64,000 nt of DNA. Source: Aggregatilineales bacterium (GTDB lineage Bacteria; Chloroflexota; Anaerolineae; Aggregatilineales; Phototrophicaceae). The stretch lies in assembly GCA_038207205.1 (NCBI GenBank), contig JBBRAA010000016.1, positions 3,578 through 67,577 of the forward strand, given 5' to 3'. Below the pieces are notes generated by a model. That model saw only the letters and a list, made by a program, of their open reading frames with translations, made no database searches and was not told the DNA's origin. A program made the translations under genes and the position numbers. This document shows positions 55,405 through 64,000 of the stretch, piece by piece. Positions within the stretch are counted from its first letter, which is position 1. Each line of letters begins with the position of its first letter.

Positions 55405-56406
55405 TTACTGCTGCTGCTGTTGCTGCTGAATTTGAATATCGAGCGGGACTGGAGGCGCGGCTTTGCGACTACTGCTGATAGGCAACGACGATGGCGGTTC
55501 GACGCGATCATACTGGATCGGCTGCATCGACTCGTCGGTCGGTATCGAGTCCATGAGTTGAATTTTCACACCGACCTCTAAAATTTGTTCGCCGACGCCC
55601 TTATACACACCGCGCGTTGGCGGCACATCGTCATAGTCGCGCCCGATTGCAACGCGGATGTGATGCTCGTTGGCAATCACATCGTTAGTGGGGTCGATTC
55701 CTACCCACCCCAACGATGGAATGTAGCATTCGACCCACGCATGGCTTTGATCAATGGTCGCCGCGCTGCCGAAACGGTTTTCTTGCACCAGATAACCACT
55801 GACATAGCGCGCAGGAATGTGTAATTCGCGGCAGATCGAGAGCATAACGTGCGCATAATCCTGACAAACGCCTTTGCCATCGGTCAAAATATCGTCGATG
55901 GTCGAATCGACCGTCGTCGTATTGGGCATATATTCAAAATGCCTATACAAGCGCGATCCGATCATACGCACCGTCGAAAGCGGATCATTCAGCCATCTTA
56001 TATCAAGCTGATTCATCAACTGGATGAGGTGAGGCGTGGTATAGACGAACTTGCTCGGCAGCAGCGTATCGAACAAATCGGGTTGTGCCGCCGCTGCGCG
56101 CAGGTCGTCCCACTCATGTGCACCGACAGACAGCGGCGGTTCAGTTGGCGGACGTATTTCAACGAGCGACTCGGCGATTACGGTCAGTCGTTCGTGCGCA
56201 CCGGGAATGTTGAAGCTGTGGATCACATTGGAGAGATGGTCTCGGTACGAATGCAGTACCGCCTTCGGGTCGAGCCGGACACGAAAGCTGAATGTATGTT
56301 GGCTGCCTTCAGAACGCGGCTGCATGTGCAGCACCATGACGCTTTCGCGCACGGCTTGACTGTAACGGAAAATCGTCGTGTGTTGAATCGTGTAATACAC
56401 AGTCAT
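55405..56406 (-). CDS. Transglutaminase-like protein with N-terminal domain and poly-Gln tail
   Basis: YTIQHTTIFRY N-domain; triad GVCQDYAH, SHAWVE, GIDPTN; IGRDYDDVPPTRG; ends QQQQQQQ*; ATGA overlap with alpha-E. Confidence 0.92.
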   Translation of the reverse strand: MTVYYTIQHTTIFRYSQAVRESVMVLHMQPRSEGSQHTFSFRVRLDPKAVLHSYRDHLSNVIHSFNIPGAHERLTVIAESLVEIRPPTEPPLSVGAHEWDDLRAAAAQPDLFDTLLPSKFVYTTPHLIQLMNQLDIRWLNDPLSTVRMIGSRLYRHFEYMPNTTTVDSTIDDILTDGKGVCQDYAHVMLSICRELHIPARYVSGYLVQENRFGSAATIDQSHAWVECYIPSLGWVGIDPTNDVIANEHHIRVAIGRDYDDVPPTRGVYKGVGEQILEVGVKIQLMDSIPTDESMQPIQYDRVEPPSSLPISSSRKAAPPVPLDIQIQQQQQQQ

Positions 56407-57359
56407 GATGCACTTTCAATCGTATACGAAATATAGGTTTCAAAGAGGGCTTCGTGAATGTGATGACACAAACTTTGAATTTCGTGCAGGTACGTGTGTA
56501 AATCGGCGTTCAACACATCATCGACCATATCGTAACTGAGCATACTGTGCAGCCGTCCGGCAGCGCGATGCAGCCGGCTTTGTTTAGGCGCGCCGGTTTC
56601 ATCAGAGATTTCGCGCAGCGCCCCGGTCAATTGTTCGACACAAAAACGCACGGCATGCGGAAATAACGGATTAAACAACAGGAATTCGATGATCCAGCGC
56701 GATTGCAAATCGCCGTGGTACACCTTGCTGAACGCTTCAAACGACGTGACTGATTTAAGCAGACCAATCTTTTGGATGTAATCGTCGCTCAGACTGTCAC
56801 CATCAAGCATCCCACCAAAATGGACATCGAGCACGTGCGCGACCGCTTGCGCGCGTTCGATATAGCGACCGACTTGAATGAACTGCCAGCCTTCGTTGCG
56901 GTTCATGGTCGCGTCGGTGATGCCCTGAAACAAATGTGATCCTTCGCGAATGACGCGGAAAAATTCGTGCGGTTGGTGTCCCCACACTTCTTCCATACTG
57001 GCGCATTTCATATCCAGATAGACTTTGTTAATCTGCGTCCACATCTCGCTGCTGATTTGTTCGCGTATTTGACGCGCATTTTCGCGCGCCAGCGCGATTG
57101 TCTCGCTGATAGATATGGCGTTGGTCGCATCGAAGGTGAGAAAGTCCGTCAACGCGTAGTCATCTTCCAGAATTTCACCGACGGGCGGCGTCCACAGGCT
57201 GTATAACAAACGTTCACGACGTTGACGCAGCGGCGCGGTCGATGATTCATCCAACACAAGATTGAGATGGACATCGACCATACGCGCGGCGTGTTCGGCG
57301 CGCTCCAGATTTCGGCTCAACCAATAGAGACTATCCGCGACTCGTGAGAGCATCATCAT
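56403..57359 (-). CDS. Alpha-E domain protein (DUF403)
   Basis: MLSRVADSLYWLSRNLERAEH, ARENARQIREQISSEMW, GRYIERA ER motifs, FPHAVRF; start among ATGs 57359/57356/57353. Confidence 0.92.
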   Translation of the reverse strand: MMMLSRVADSLYWLSRNLERAEHAARMVDVHLNLVLDESSTAPLRQRRERLLYSLWTPPVGEILEDDYALTDFLTFDATNAISISETIALARENARQIREQISSEMWTQINKVYLDMKCASMEEVWGHQPHEFFRVIREGSHLFQGITDATMNRNEGWQFIQVGRYIERAQAVAHVLDVHFGGMLDGDSLSDDYIQKIGLLKSVTSFEAFSKVYHGDLQSRWIIEFLLFNPLFPHAVRFCVEQLTGALREISDETGAPKQSRLHRAAGRLHSMLSYDMVDDVLNADLHTYLHEIQSLCHHIHEALFETYISYTIESAS

Positions 57360-57367
57360 CCTTCTTA

Positions 57368-57402
57368 GGTGAAAGGTGAAAGCAGTTCGTGTGACTTTCA
57401 CC
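57368..57402. repeat. Short direct/inverted repeat in the ATP-grasp to alpha-E spacer
   Basis: GGTGAAAG tandem (57368-82) and CTTTCACC (57395-402). Confidence 0.35.
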
Positions 57403-57421
57403 GTTTGTCTTTTATGTGCTT

Positions 57422-58891
57422 TTACTCGTATAAAACCCATGTGTCTTTGCTGCCGCCGCCTTGCGACGAATTCACGACTAACGATCCACGCCGAAGCGCG
57501 ACGCGCGTTAGCCCCCCTGGAACGATCTTGACGCTTTCGCCGCTCAAGATATACGGACGCAGATCGACATGGCGTGATTCGATTTGACCATCGATAAAGC
57601 ACGGTGCGCGCGACAATTGAATCGTCGGCTGCGCGATGTAATTACGCGGGTTGGCTTCGAGGCGTGCCTTGAATTCCTGACGTTCGGCAGCAGTGCTGTG
57701 CGGTCCAATCAACATGCCATAGCCACCGCTTTCGCCCACCGCTTTGACGACCAGTTTATCGAGATTATCGATGACATAAGCGCGGTGCGTTTCTTGATCA
57801 CACAAAAACGTCTCGATATTCGGCAAGATCGCGTCTTCGCCCAGATAATACTTAATGATCGCCGGAACGTAATAGTAAACCGCTTTGTCATCGGCAACGC
57901 CTGTGCCAATCGCGTTCGCCAGCGCGACATTGCCCGCACGATAGGCGTTGAACAAACCCGGAACCCCCAAAATTGAATCAGGGCGGAACGCCAACGGATC
58001 GATAAAGTCGTCATCGACGCGGCGATAGATCACATCGACACGACGCAGCCCTGCCGTCGTCCGCATATAGACGATGTTGTTATGCACGAGCAGGTCACGC
58101 CCTTCGACGAGTTCGATTCCCATCAAGCGCGCCAGAAATGTATGCTCGAAATAGGCAGAGTTATGCACGCCCGGTGTGAGCAGGACAATCGTCGGCGCGG
58201 GGTTGCCATTCGGCGCGAGATGTCGCAGCGTATTGAGCAGCGCTTGTCCGTAATAATCCACCGGTCGCACGCCGTAATTGGCGAATACTTTGGGGAATAC
58301 CCGCTTCATGACCTGACGATTCGCCAGCATATAGCTGACGCCGCTCGGTACGCGCAGATTGTCCTCCAAAATGGCGAACCTTCCATCGGGCATACGAATC
58401 AGGTCAGTCCCGCACACGCTGACATACAAATTGTGGGGAATATCGACACCGCGCATTTCGCGCCGGAAATGATGACTGCTGTAAATCAGTTCGTGCGGCA
58501 CGACACGATCCGCGATGATTTTGCCACTATGATAAATATCGTGCAGAAATAAATTGAGCGCGGTAATCCGTTGAGTCAGCCCTTTTTCGATAGTTTGCCA
58601 TTCGACACTGGGGATGATGCGCGGGATCAGGTCATATGGAAAGATTTTTTCCGTGCCTTCTTCATGCCCATATACGGTAAAGGTGATTCCCTGATGTAAG
58701 AAATTCATGTCTGCCGACGACTGACGATAACGTAGTTCTTCCGCCGTCAAATCGAGCAGCCGTTCGTGCATAGTGGCGTAATGCCCGCGCGCGCTGCCGT
58801 CATCATTAAACATTTCGTCATAACAACCCGCTTCGAGCGTGTAATTGATAAACGGTTGAGAAATGGCGCGGGTCGTGGCTTTTTGCATCAT
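57422..58891 (-). CDS. Circularly permuted ATP-grasp type 2 amidoligase
   Basis: [105 protein letters not shown]. Confidence 0.95.
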   Translation of the reverse strand: MMQKATTRAISQPFINYTLEAGCYDEMFNDDGSARGHYATMHERLLDLTAEELRYRQSSADMNFLHQGITFTVYGHEEGTEKIFPYDLIPRIIPSVEWQTIEKGLTQRITALNLFLHDIYHSGKIIADRVVPHELIYSSHHFRREMRGVDIPHNLYVSVCGTDLIRMPDGRFAILEDNLRVPSGVSYMLANRQVMKRVFPKVFANYGVRPVDYYGQALLNTLRHLAPNGNPAPTIVLLTPGVHNSAYFEHTFLARLMGIELVEGRDLLVHNNIVYMRTTAGLRRVDVIYRRVDDDFIDPLAFRPDSILGVPGLFNAYRAGNVALANAIGTGVADDKAVYYYVPAIIKYYLGEDAILPNIETFLCDQETHRAYVIDNLDKLVVKAVGESGGYGMLIGPHSTAAERQEFKARLEANPRNYIAQPTIQLSRAPCFIDGQIESRHVDLRPYILSGESVKIVPGGLTRVALRRGSLVVNSSQGGGSKDTWVLYE

Positions 58892-59073
58892 GAATGAACC
58901 TTTTAAGCCTTCGTTCGATCAAATCGCAGAGTATAGAACAGTCGCGATACGAACGGTCTAGGCGAACTATGCTAAGTTTAGCGTGAGATCGATTATACAA
59001 AGTGACGAAAAATTTAGGTACAATACTAGTTACACCCCGCAACGCTTCAACATCGTTGAACTGAGGACACACG

Positions 59074-61575
59074 TTGACCGACTCTTTAGGTGCAAACGAA
59101 TTTTACGCCATCCCCAACGCCGAAGCGGATGCCGACGGCATCATCACGCTGCCGTTGATCCCTTTACGCGGGATGGTGATTTTCCCGAACGTAGTTTCGC
59201 CCGTCTCATTGATCACACCCGGCGCACGCAGCGCCGCCGAATTTGCGCATAAACAAACAGCCGTCGCGCTGGCACTTCGCAGCCTGGATTATGGCAAAAC
59301 GAGTTACATACTGGACGATTTTTACAGCGTCGGTGTCGAAATTGCAATCGGACGGACTTTTAAACTCCCAGACGATATGCAAAGCGCATTGGTGCAGGGA
59401 CGGCGGCGCTTGCAAATCGTCGAAGTCGTGCAATCGACGCCCTACCCTACCGTCAAGGCGCGTGTTATAGAAGAAGAAAAGGGCGACGCCGACAATACGG
59501 ATGCGATGGTCGAAATGGTCTTGTCATTGTTTCAGCGTGCCAGCGACATGAGCGAAAACATGCCGGACGATGTGCTGATCTACGCACTCAACATCGATGA
59601 TCCGAGCTGGCTGGCAGATTTGATCGCGTCAACGCTCACGCTGCCAATCGAAGAACGTCAGGGGCTTTTGGAAACCGGCAATGTCGAAGCACGCTTACGA
59701 CAGCTTGCAACCTTGCTCAGCCAACAGTTGAATATGTTGGAAATAAAGGATGAGATCAGCAGTCAAATTCACGCCGAAATGGATCGTGGTCAACGCGAAA
59801 TGTATCTGCGTGAACAGGTGCGCGTGATTCAGGAAGAATTAGGCGAAAGCGATTTTTTCCAAGCAGAGATGGACGAAGTTCGCGAGCAGATCATGAAAGC
59901 CGAACTGCCGCCTGAAATCCTCGAAAAGGCGCTGAAAGAACAGCAGCGCCTGGCGATGATGACGCCTATGGCGCCGGAAGTCGGCATGGTGCGCACCTAC
60001 ATCGACTGGCTGACGAGTTTGCCATGGCAGCAGCAAAGCGAAGATCAACTCGATTTGAAGCACGCCGAAATCATCCTTGACCGCGAACACTACGGCTTGC
60101 CGAAGATCAAGGAGCGCATTCTCGAATACATCGCCGTGCGTAAAGTGCTGGCGGAACGCGATGCCAAAGTCGTCGAAACCGGTGAGACCATCGTGACCGA
60201 AAAAGTAAAAACACCGGATGCCAGCCCAATTTTGTGCTTCGTTGGACCTCCAGGGGTTGGCAAAACATCGCTCGGTAAAAGCATCGCGTCAGCGCTCGGT
60301 CGCACGTTCGTGCGCGTCAGTTTGGGCGGCGTGCGCGATGAAGCTGAAATTCGGGGACATCGGCGCACCTATATCGGTGCAATGCCCGGTCGCATCATCC
60401 AAACTATGAAACGTGCGGGAACCGTCAACCCAGTATTTGTGCTGGACGAAATCGATAAGCTTGGCATGGATTTTCGCGGCGACCCGGCGGCGGCGCTCTT
60501 GGAAATACTCGACCCCGAACAAAACTACGCCTTCAGCGATCATTATCTTGACGTACCTTATGATCTCTCCAAGGTGTTCTTCATCACGACCGCCAATGAC
60601 CTCGATCCACTGCCGCCTGCCCTCTTGGATCGGCTGGAAATCATCGAACTGAACGGCTACACCGAAGAAGAAAAGATCGCCATCGCGCGCCAGTTCTTAA
60701 TTCCGCGCCAGCTTGAAGCACACGCACTCGAAGACAAGAAAATCTCATTCGAGACACCGTCGCTGCAAACCATCATCCGTGAATACACGTATGAGGCAGG
60801 CGTGCGAAATTTGAACCGCGAGATCGCCAATATTTCGCGTAAAATTACGCGTCTTGTGGCGGAAAATAAGAAAGCGCCGTCGCGCATTGGCAAAGCACAC
60901 GTCCACAAGTTTTTGGGGACGCCACCGTTCGATGATTTGCGCGCTAACGAAATCGATGAGGTCGGGGTTGCGACTGGACTGGCATGGACACCCTACGGCG
61001 GCGATGTGCTAACCATCGAAGTGCAGGTATTACCCGGCAAAGGCACCTTGATGATGACGGGGTCGCTTGGCGACGTGATGCAGGAATCAGCACAAGCCGC
61101 CTTAAGCTACCTGCGCTCAACATCCGAAACGCTGAACGTGCCATACGACGACTTTGAAGATTTCGATATTCACATCCACATCCCCGAAGGCGCGGTGCCG
61201 AAGGACGGACCCAGCGCAGGTATTACGTTGGCAGCGGCGATGATCAGCGCGTTCACCGAGCGCAAAATTCGTCACGACATTGCGATGACGGGCGAAGTCA
61301 CGCTGCGTGGCAAGGTGCTGCCTGTCGGCGGCATTAAAGAGAAAGTATTGGCGGCACGGCGCGCACGAGTGCTGCGTGTACTCATGCCCAAACAAAATGA
61401 GAAAGACCTACAGGATATTCCCAAAGAAGCGCTGGCGGACATGCAGATCATATTCATCGAGAATATGGAACAAGTGTTGGAACATGTGCTGACCGATGTA
61501 CCGACGGGTGAGCTTAAACGCGATAAAATTCGCCGCGAACGCAGCGAAAAAGACAAAGAACAGGACGAGAAATAA
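59074..61575 (+). CDS. lon: ATP-dependent protease La (LonA)
   Basis: GAGGA RBS with TTG; LON N-domain [13 protein letters not shown]; Walker [29 protein letters not shown]; catalytic PKDGPSAG and VGGIKEK. Confidence 0.97.
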   Translation: MTDSLGANEFYAIPNAEADADGIITLPLIPLRGMVIFPNVVSPVSLITPGARSAAEFAHKQTAVALALRSLDYGKTSYILDDFYSVGVEIAIGRTFKLPDDMQSALVQGRRRLQIVEVVQSTPYPTVKARVIEEEKGDADNTDAMVEMVLSLFQRASDMSENMPDDVLIYALNIDDPSWLADLIASTLTLPIEERQGLLETGNVEARLRQLATLLSQQLNMLEIKDEISSQIHAEMDRGQREMYLREQVRVIQEELGESDFFQAEMDEVREQIMKAELPPEILEKALKEQQRLAMMTPMAPEVGMVRTYIDWLTSLPWQQQSEDQLDLKHAEIILDREHYGLPKIKERILEYIAVRKVLAERDAKVVETGETIVTEKVKTPDASPILCFVGPPGVGKTSLGKSIASALGRTFVRVSLGGVRDEAEIRGHRRTYIGAMPGRIIQTMKRAGTVNPVFVLDEIDKLGMDFRGDPAAALLEILDPEQNYAFSDHYLDVPYDLSKVFFITTANDLDPLPPALLDRLEIIELNGYTEEEKIAIARQFLIPRQLEAHALEDKKISFETPSLQTIIREYTYEAGVRNLNREIANISRKITRLVAENKKAPSRIGKAHVHKFLGTPPFDDLRANEIDEVGVATGLAWTPYGGDVLTIEVQVLPGKGTLMMTGSLGDVMQESAQAALSYLRSTSETLNVPYDDFEDFDIHIHIPEGAVPKDGPSAGITLAAAMISAFTERKIRHDIAMTGEVTLRGKVLPVGGIKEKVLAARRARVLRVLMPKQNEKDLQDIPKEALADMQIIFIENMEQVLEHVLTDVPTGELKRDKIRRERSEKDKEQDEK

Positions 61576-61597
61576 CCACATTACCGGACTTTGAACG

Positions 61598-63031
61598 ATG
61601 ACGACTCTCGACCTTTGGCAGACGATCAAGAATGGACGCACCGCGCAGCTCGATTGGTTGAGCGAAAACGCGCCGATTGAAACAATTGCGACCGCGCTGA
61701 CAGCGATGGCGAACAGTGAAGGCGGCACGCTGCTTATTGGCGTGCTGGGACCCACCGGGACGGTGGTGGGCGTCAAAGACTCGGACAATGCCATTGACCG
61801 TGTGCTTCAAGCCGCTCTGTCGCTGGAGCCGCCGTTGATCATGCCCATGCCACGCGCGACACACGTTAAAGATCGTCCGATCGTGGTCATCTCAATCCCA
61901 TCGGGGATGCCGCATGTATATGCGCTGGATGGGCGCTATTTGTTCCGCCAGGGCGCAGACAATGCCGCGCTCAAGCCGCGCGATCTGCGCCGTTTGTTAT
62001 TCGAGCGTGGCGATGCGAGTTTTGAAACAGAAATCGCATCGGGTGCAACGCTGGATGATCTGGATTGGATCAAAATCAAGGCGTATGCGGGCAGCGTCGG
62101 CGCGGCGAACGACGACGCAGAACTCCTGCTGCTCAAACGAGGGTGTTTGGCACGGCGTGACGAACACATGAAGCCAACTCACGCAGGAATTTTGTTGTTT
62201 GGCAAAGATCCACAGTCGTTCAATCGCGGCGCGATCATCACAGCAGTGCGCTTCGCAGGCACGATGATGAGCGATACGTTTACGCGCTTGGATATTGCCG
62301 GAACGCTGCCAGAACAAGTGCGCCGCGCCGAAACATTCTTGATCGATCACATGCGCAAAGATGTAACGTTGGGCAAAACAATGGCACGCGATGAACAGTT
62401 CGAGTATCCGCTCGAAGCAGCGCGTGAATTAGTGGTCAACGCCGTCGCGCATCGTGACTACAACATCACTGGCGATGAAATTCGCCTGTTCATTTTCAGC
62501 GATCATATGGAAGTGAGCAGTCCAGGCGGCTTGCCGGGACCAGTCACAGTCAGCAATATCAAAAACGAGCGCTTCTCGCGCAATCCAGCAATCGTGCAGG
62601 TGCTTTCGGATATGCGGTTTATCGAGCGGCTCGGTTATGGTGTTGACCGCATTTATGATTTGTTGGACGAGAAAGAACTGCCACCGCCGCGCTTTGAAGA
62701 GACCGCGGGTGGGTTTCGCGTCACCATGTTCAGCCGCCCAGAAGCAGGACAAGCGACCATGCCACCGTCCGCCGCTCATGCCGCACCCATCGTGCATTTC
62801 GATGGTACCTATCAGGGTGTCGCCATAAATCCGCGCCAGGAAGCAGCGTTGATCCATCTGCACGAAGGCAGTACGCGCATCACCAACAGCGATTTGCAAG
62901 AACTCTGCCCCGATGTCCACGCCGAAACCATCCGGCGTGATCTGGTTGATCTGGTCAATAAACGCATCCTGAAAAAACTTGGCGCGAAGCGTGGGTCGTA
63001 TTACGTACTAAACGCAGATTTCACGCCGTAG
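61598..63031 (+). CDS. AlbA_2 (Schlafen-like) + HATPase_c_4 + winged-HTH protein
   Basis: AMANSEGGTLLIGV..VVGV; ELVVNAVAHRDY..IFSDHMEVSSPGGL..RNP..IERLGYGV; C-terminal ITNSDLQELCP..ETIRRDLVDLV. Confidence 0.85.
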   Translation: MTTLDLWQTIKNGRTAQLDWLSENAPIETIATALTAMANSEGGTLLIGVLGPTGTVVGVKDSDNAIDRVLQAALSLEPPLIMPMPRATHVKDRPIVVISIPSGMPHVYALDGRYLFRQGADNAALKPRDLRRLLFERGDASFETEIASGATLDDLDWIKIKAYAGSVGAANDDAELLLLKRGCLARRDEHMKPTHAGILLFGKDPQSFNRGAIITAVRFAGTMMSDTFTRLDIAGTLPEQVRRAETFLIDHMRKDVTLGKTMARDEQFEYPLEAARELVVNAVAHRDYNITGDEIRLFIFSDHMEVSSPGGLPGPVTVSNIKNERFSRNPAIVQVLSDMRFIERLGYGVDRIYDLLDEKELPPPRFEETAGGFRVTMFSRPEAGQATMPPSAAHAAPIVHFDGTYQGVAINPRQEAALIHLHEGSTRITNSDLQELCPDVHAETIRRDLVDLVNKRILKKLGAKRGSYYVLNADFTP

Positions 63032-63109
63032 TCAAATCATCATTTGTCCAGCGGACGAAATTCGCCTATGCTGAGTATTGTCATCAACACCGTATTCAAG
63101 TGGAGGTAT

Positions 63110-64000
63110 ATGCACAGCACACTGGTGAATGATCCTTCTCTATGGAATCGTGCCGTACGTCATGGACTGCGTTGGCTGTTGTTCACCGCGCTGCTGTTTA
63201 TATCGACCGCATCGACGTTTGCTGTACCGGAGGTGGAACTTGACTATTCTCCCGTCGCGCAGTTTCCACCAGTGGGCGGCAGCTGCGGCGCCGAGATTGA
63301 AGACGCACTAGAGCGCGTTGGTACGGTGTGCGAAGGTGTCGGGCGCAACCAAGCCTGTTATGGCAACGCCATGATCGATGTACGGCTGCGACCCAACCTG
63401 CAAGCCGTCGCATTCGAGCGCGTGGGCGATATTGCCGATCTTGCTGTATTCGAGCGCATTCAAACGACGCCATACAGCGATATGATGGAAACGTGGGGAA
63501 TCGCGCTGCTCAAAGCCCAGGTCAATTTGCCGCGCTCACTACCCGGTCAAAATGTAACCTTTTTGTTGTATGGAGATGTCGTGCTGGATACCGATACGTC
63601 GACGATGCGGGCATTCACCGTGCAGACGCGCGTTGGCGGCATCGCGTGCGACGAAGTCCCAACATCCGCGCTGCTCATTCAAACGCCCGACAATCGCCGC
63701 GTGCGGATGGAGATCAACGGCGCAGAATTGATCCTCGGTTCGACAGCACATGTAACCGCGATTAAAAATGACGAGATGATTATTTCGCTCTTAGAAGGCG
63801 AAGGCATCTTGAATGTGATGGATGAACAACGCATCCTGATGCCGGGTTCGGAAGTGTGGATGCCCCTTGGCGGCGAAGACGGCTTGACGATTATTGATGT
63901 GCCGTCAGAAGTGCGCGCGTTCGATTTGAGCGACGACTCGAATTTACCACTCGATTTACTCGAACGCGATGTTGAAATTCCCGAACCGATTCCTGTTGAG
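63110..64000 (+). CDS. Secreted hypothetical protein running off the window end
   Basis: GGAGG RBS and ATG 63110; open through 64000 (297 codons, absent from the ORF track because it has no stop); signal-like WLLFTALLFISTASTFA; Cys-rich CEGVGRNQACYGN, GQNVTFLLYGD, CDEVPTSALLIQTP. Confidence 0.8.
   Translation, partial: MHSTLVNDPSLWNRAVRHGLRWLLFTALLFISTASTFAVPEVELDYSPVAQFPPVGGSCGAEIEDALERVGTVCEGVGRNQACYGNAMIDVRLRPNLQAVAFERVGDIADLAVFERIQTTPYSDMMETWGIALLKAQVNLPRSLPGQNVTFLLYGDVVLDTDTSTMRAFTVQTRVGGIACDEVPTSALLIQTPDNRRVRMEINGAELILGSTAHVTAIKNDEMIISLLEGEGILNVMDEQRILMPGSEVWMPLGGEDGLTIIDVPSEVRAFDLSDDSNLPLDLLERDVEIPEPIPVE

Noticed and set aside
57360-57602. N-terminal extension of the alpha-E ORF
   Set aside because: Overlaps the ATP-grasp C-terminus; the family starts at MLSRVA
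61598-63031. AlbA_2 gene as a defence island or mobile element marker
   Set aside because: No integrase, transposase, att sites or other defence genes nearby, and the nuclease motif is degenerate

Overview
About 53 mostly intact genes from a moderately GC-rich bacterium. Gene content suggests Chloroflexota, class Anaerolineae (inference): Thr/Pro-rich secreted proteins, Tad genes with no secretin, and a PgeF-YggS-YggT-DUF167 cluster. I saw no rRNA, tRNA, CRISPR array or transposase. In order along the window: a class II tRNA nucleotidyltransferase operon; an extracytoplasmic redox block (sulfite-oxidase-family Mo enzyme, Tat-exported L,D-transpeptidase-like protein lacking its Cys, CcdA, TlpA, DUF2085); three giant Tad minor pilins (TadE, TadG-vWA, TadE-vWA with mucin-like repeats); a GAF kinase with two OmpR regulators and a PspA-like gene; a ~14 kb run of seven GT-C-fold/YfhO membrane glycosyltransferase candidates plus a priming sugar transferase; a NACHT-HEAT protein; the pgeF-yggS-yggT-DUF167 cluster; degU-degS-cpaB-cpaE-cpaF-tadB-tadC-comF-hpf; two GT2 genes; an orphan PhnD-like lipoprotein; an AlkD-like gene; a FlgD-Ig protein; a circularly permuted ATP-grasp/alpha-E/transglutaminase operon divergent from lon; an AlbA_2/HATPase/HTH protein; and a truncated secreted protein. 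Best candidate for an undescribed system: a split Tad pilus locus bracketing a GT-C glycosylation line that may decorate Thr-rich pilins. Also notable are two families of REP-like repeats read in frame inside the GT-C genes, and several probable pseudoenzymes. All family calls come from motif recognition by eye, not database searches.
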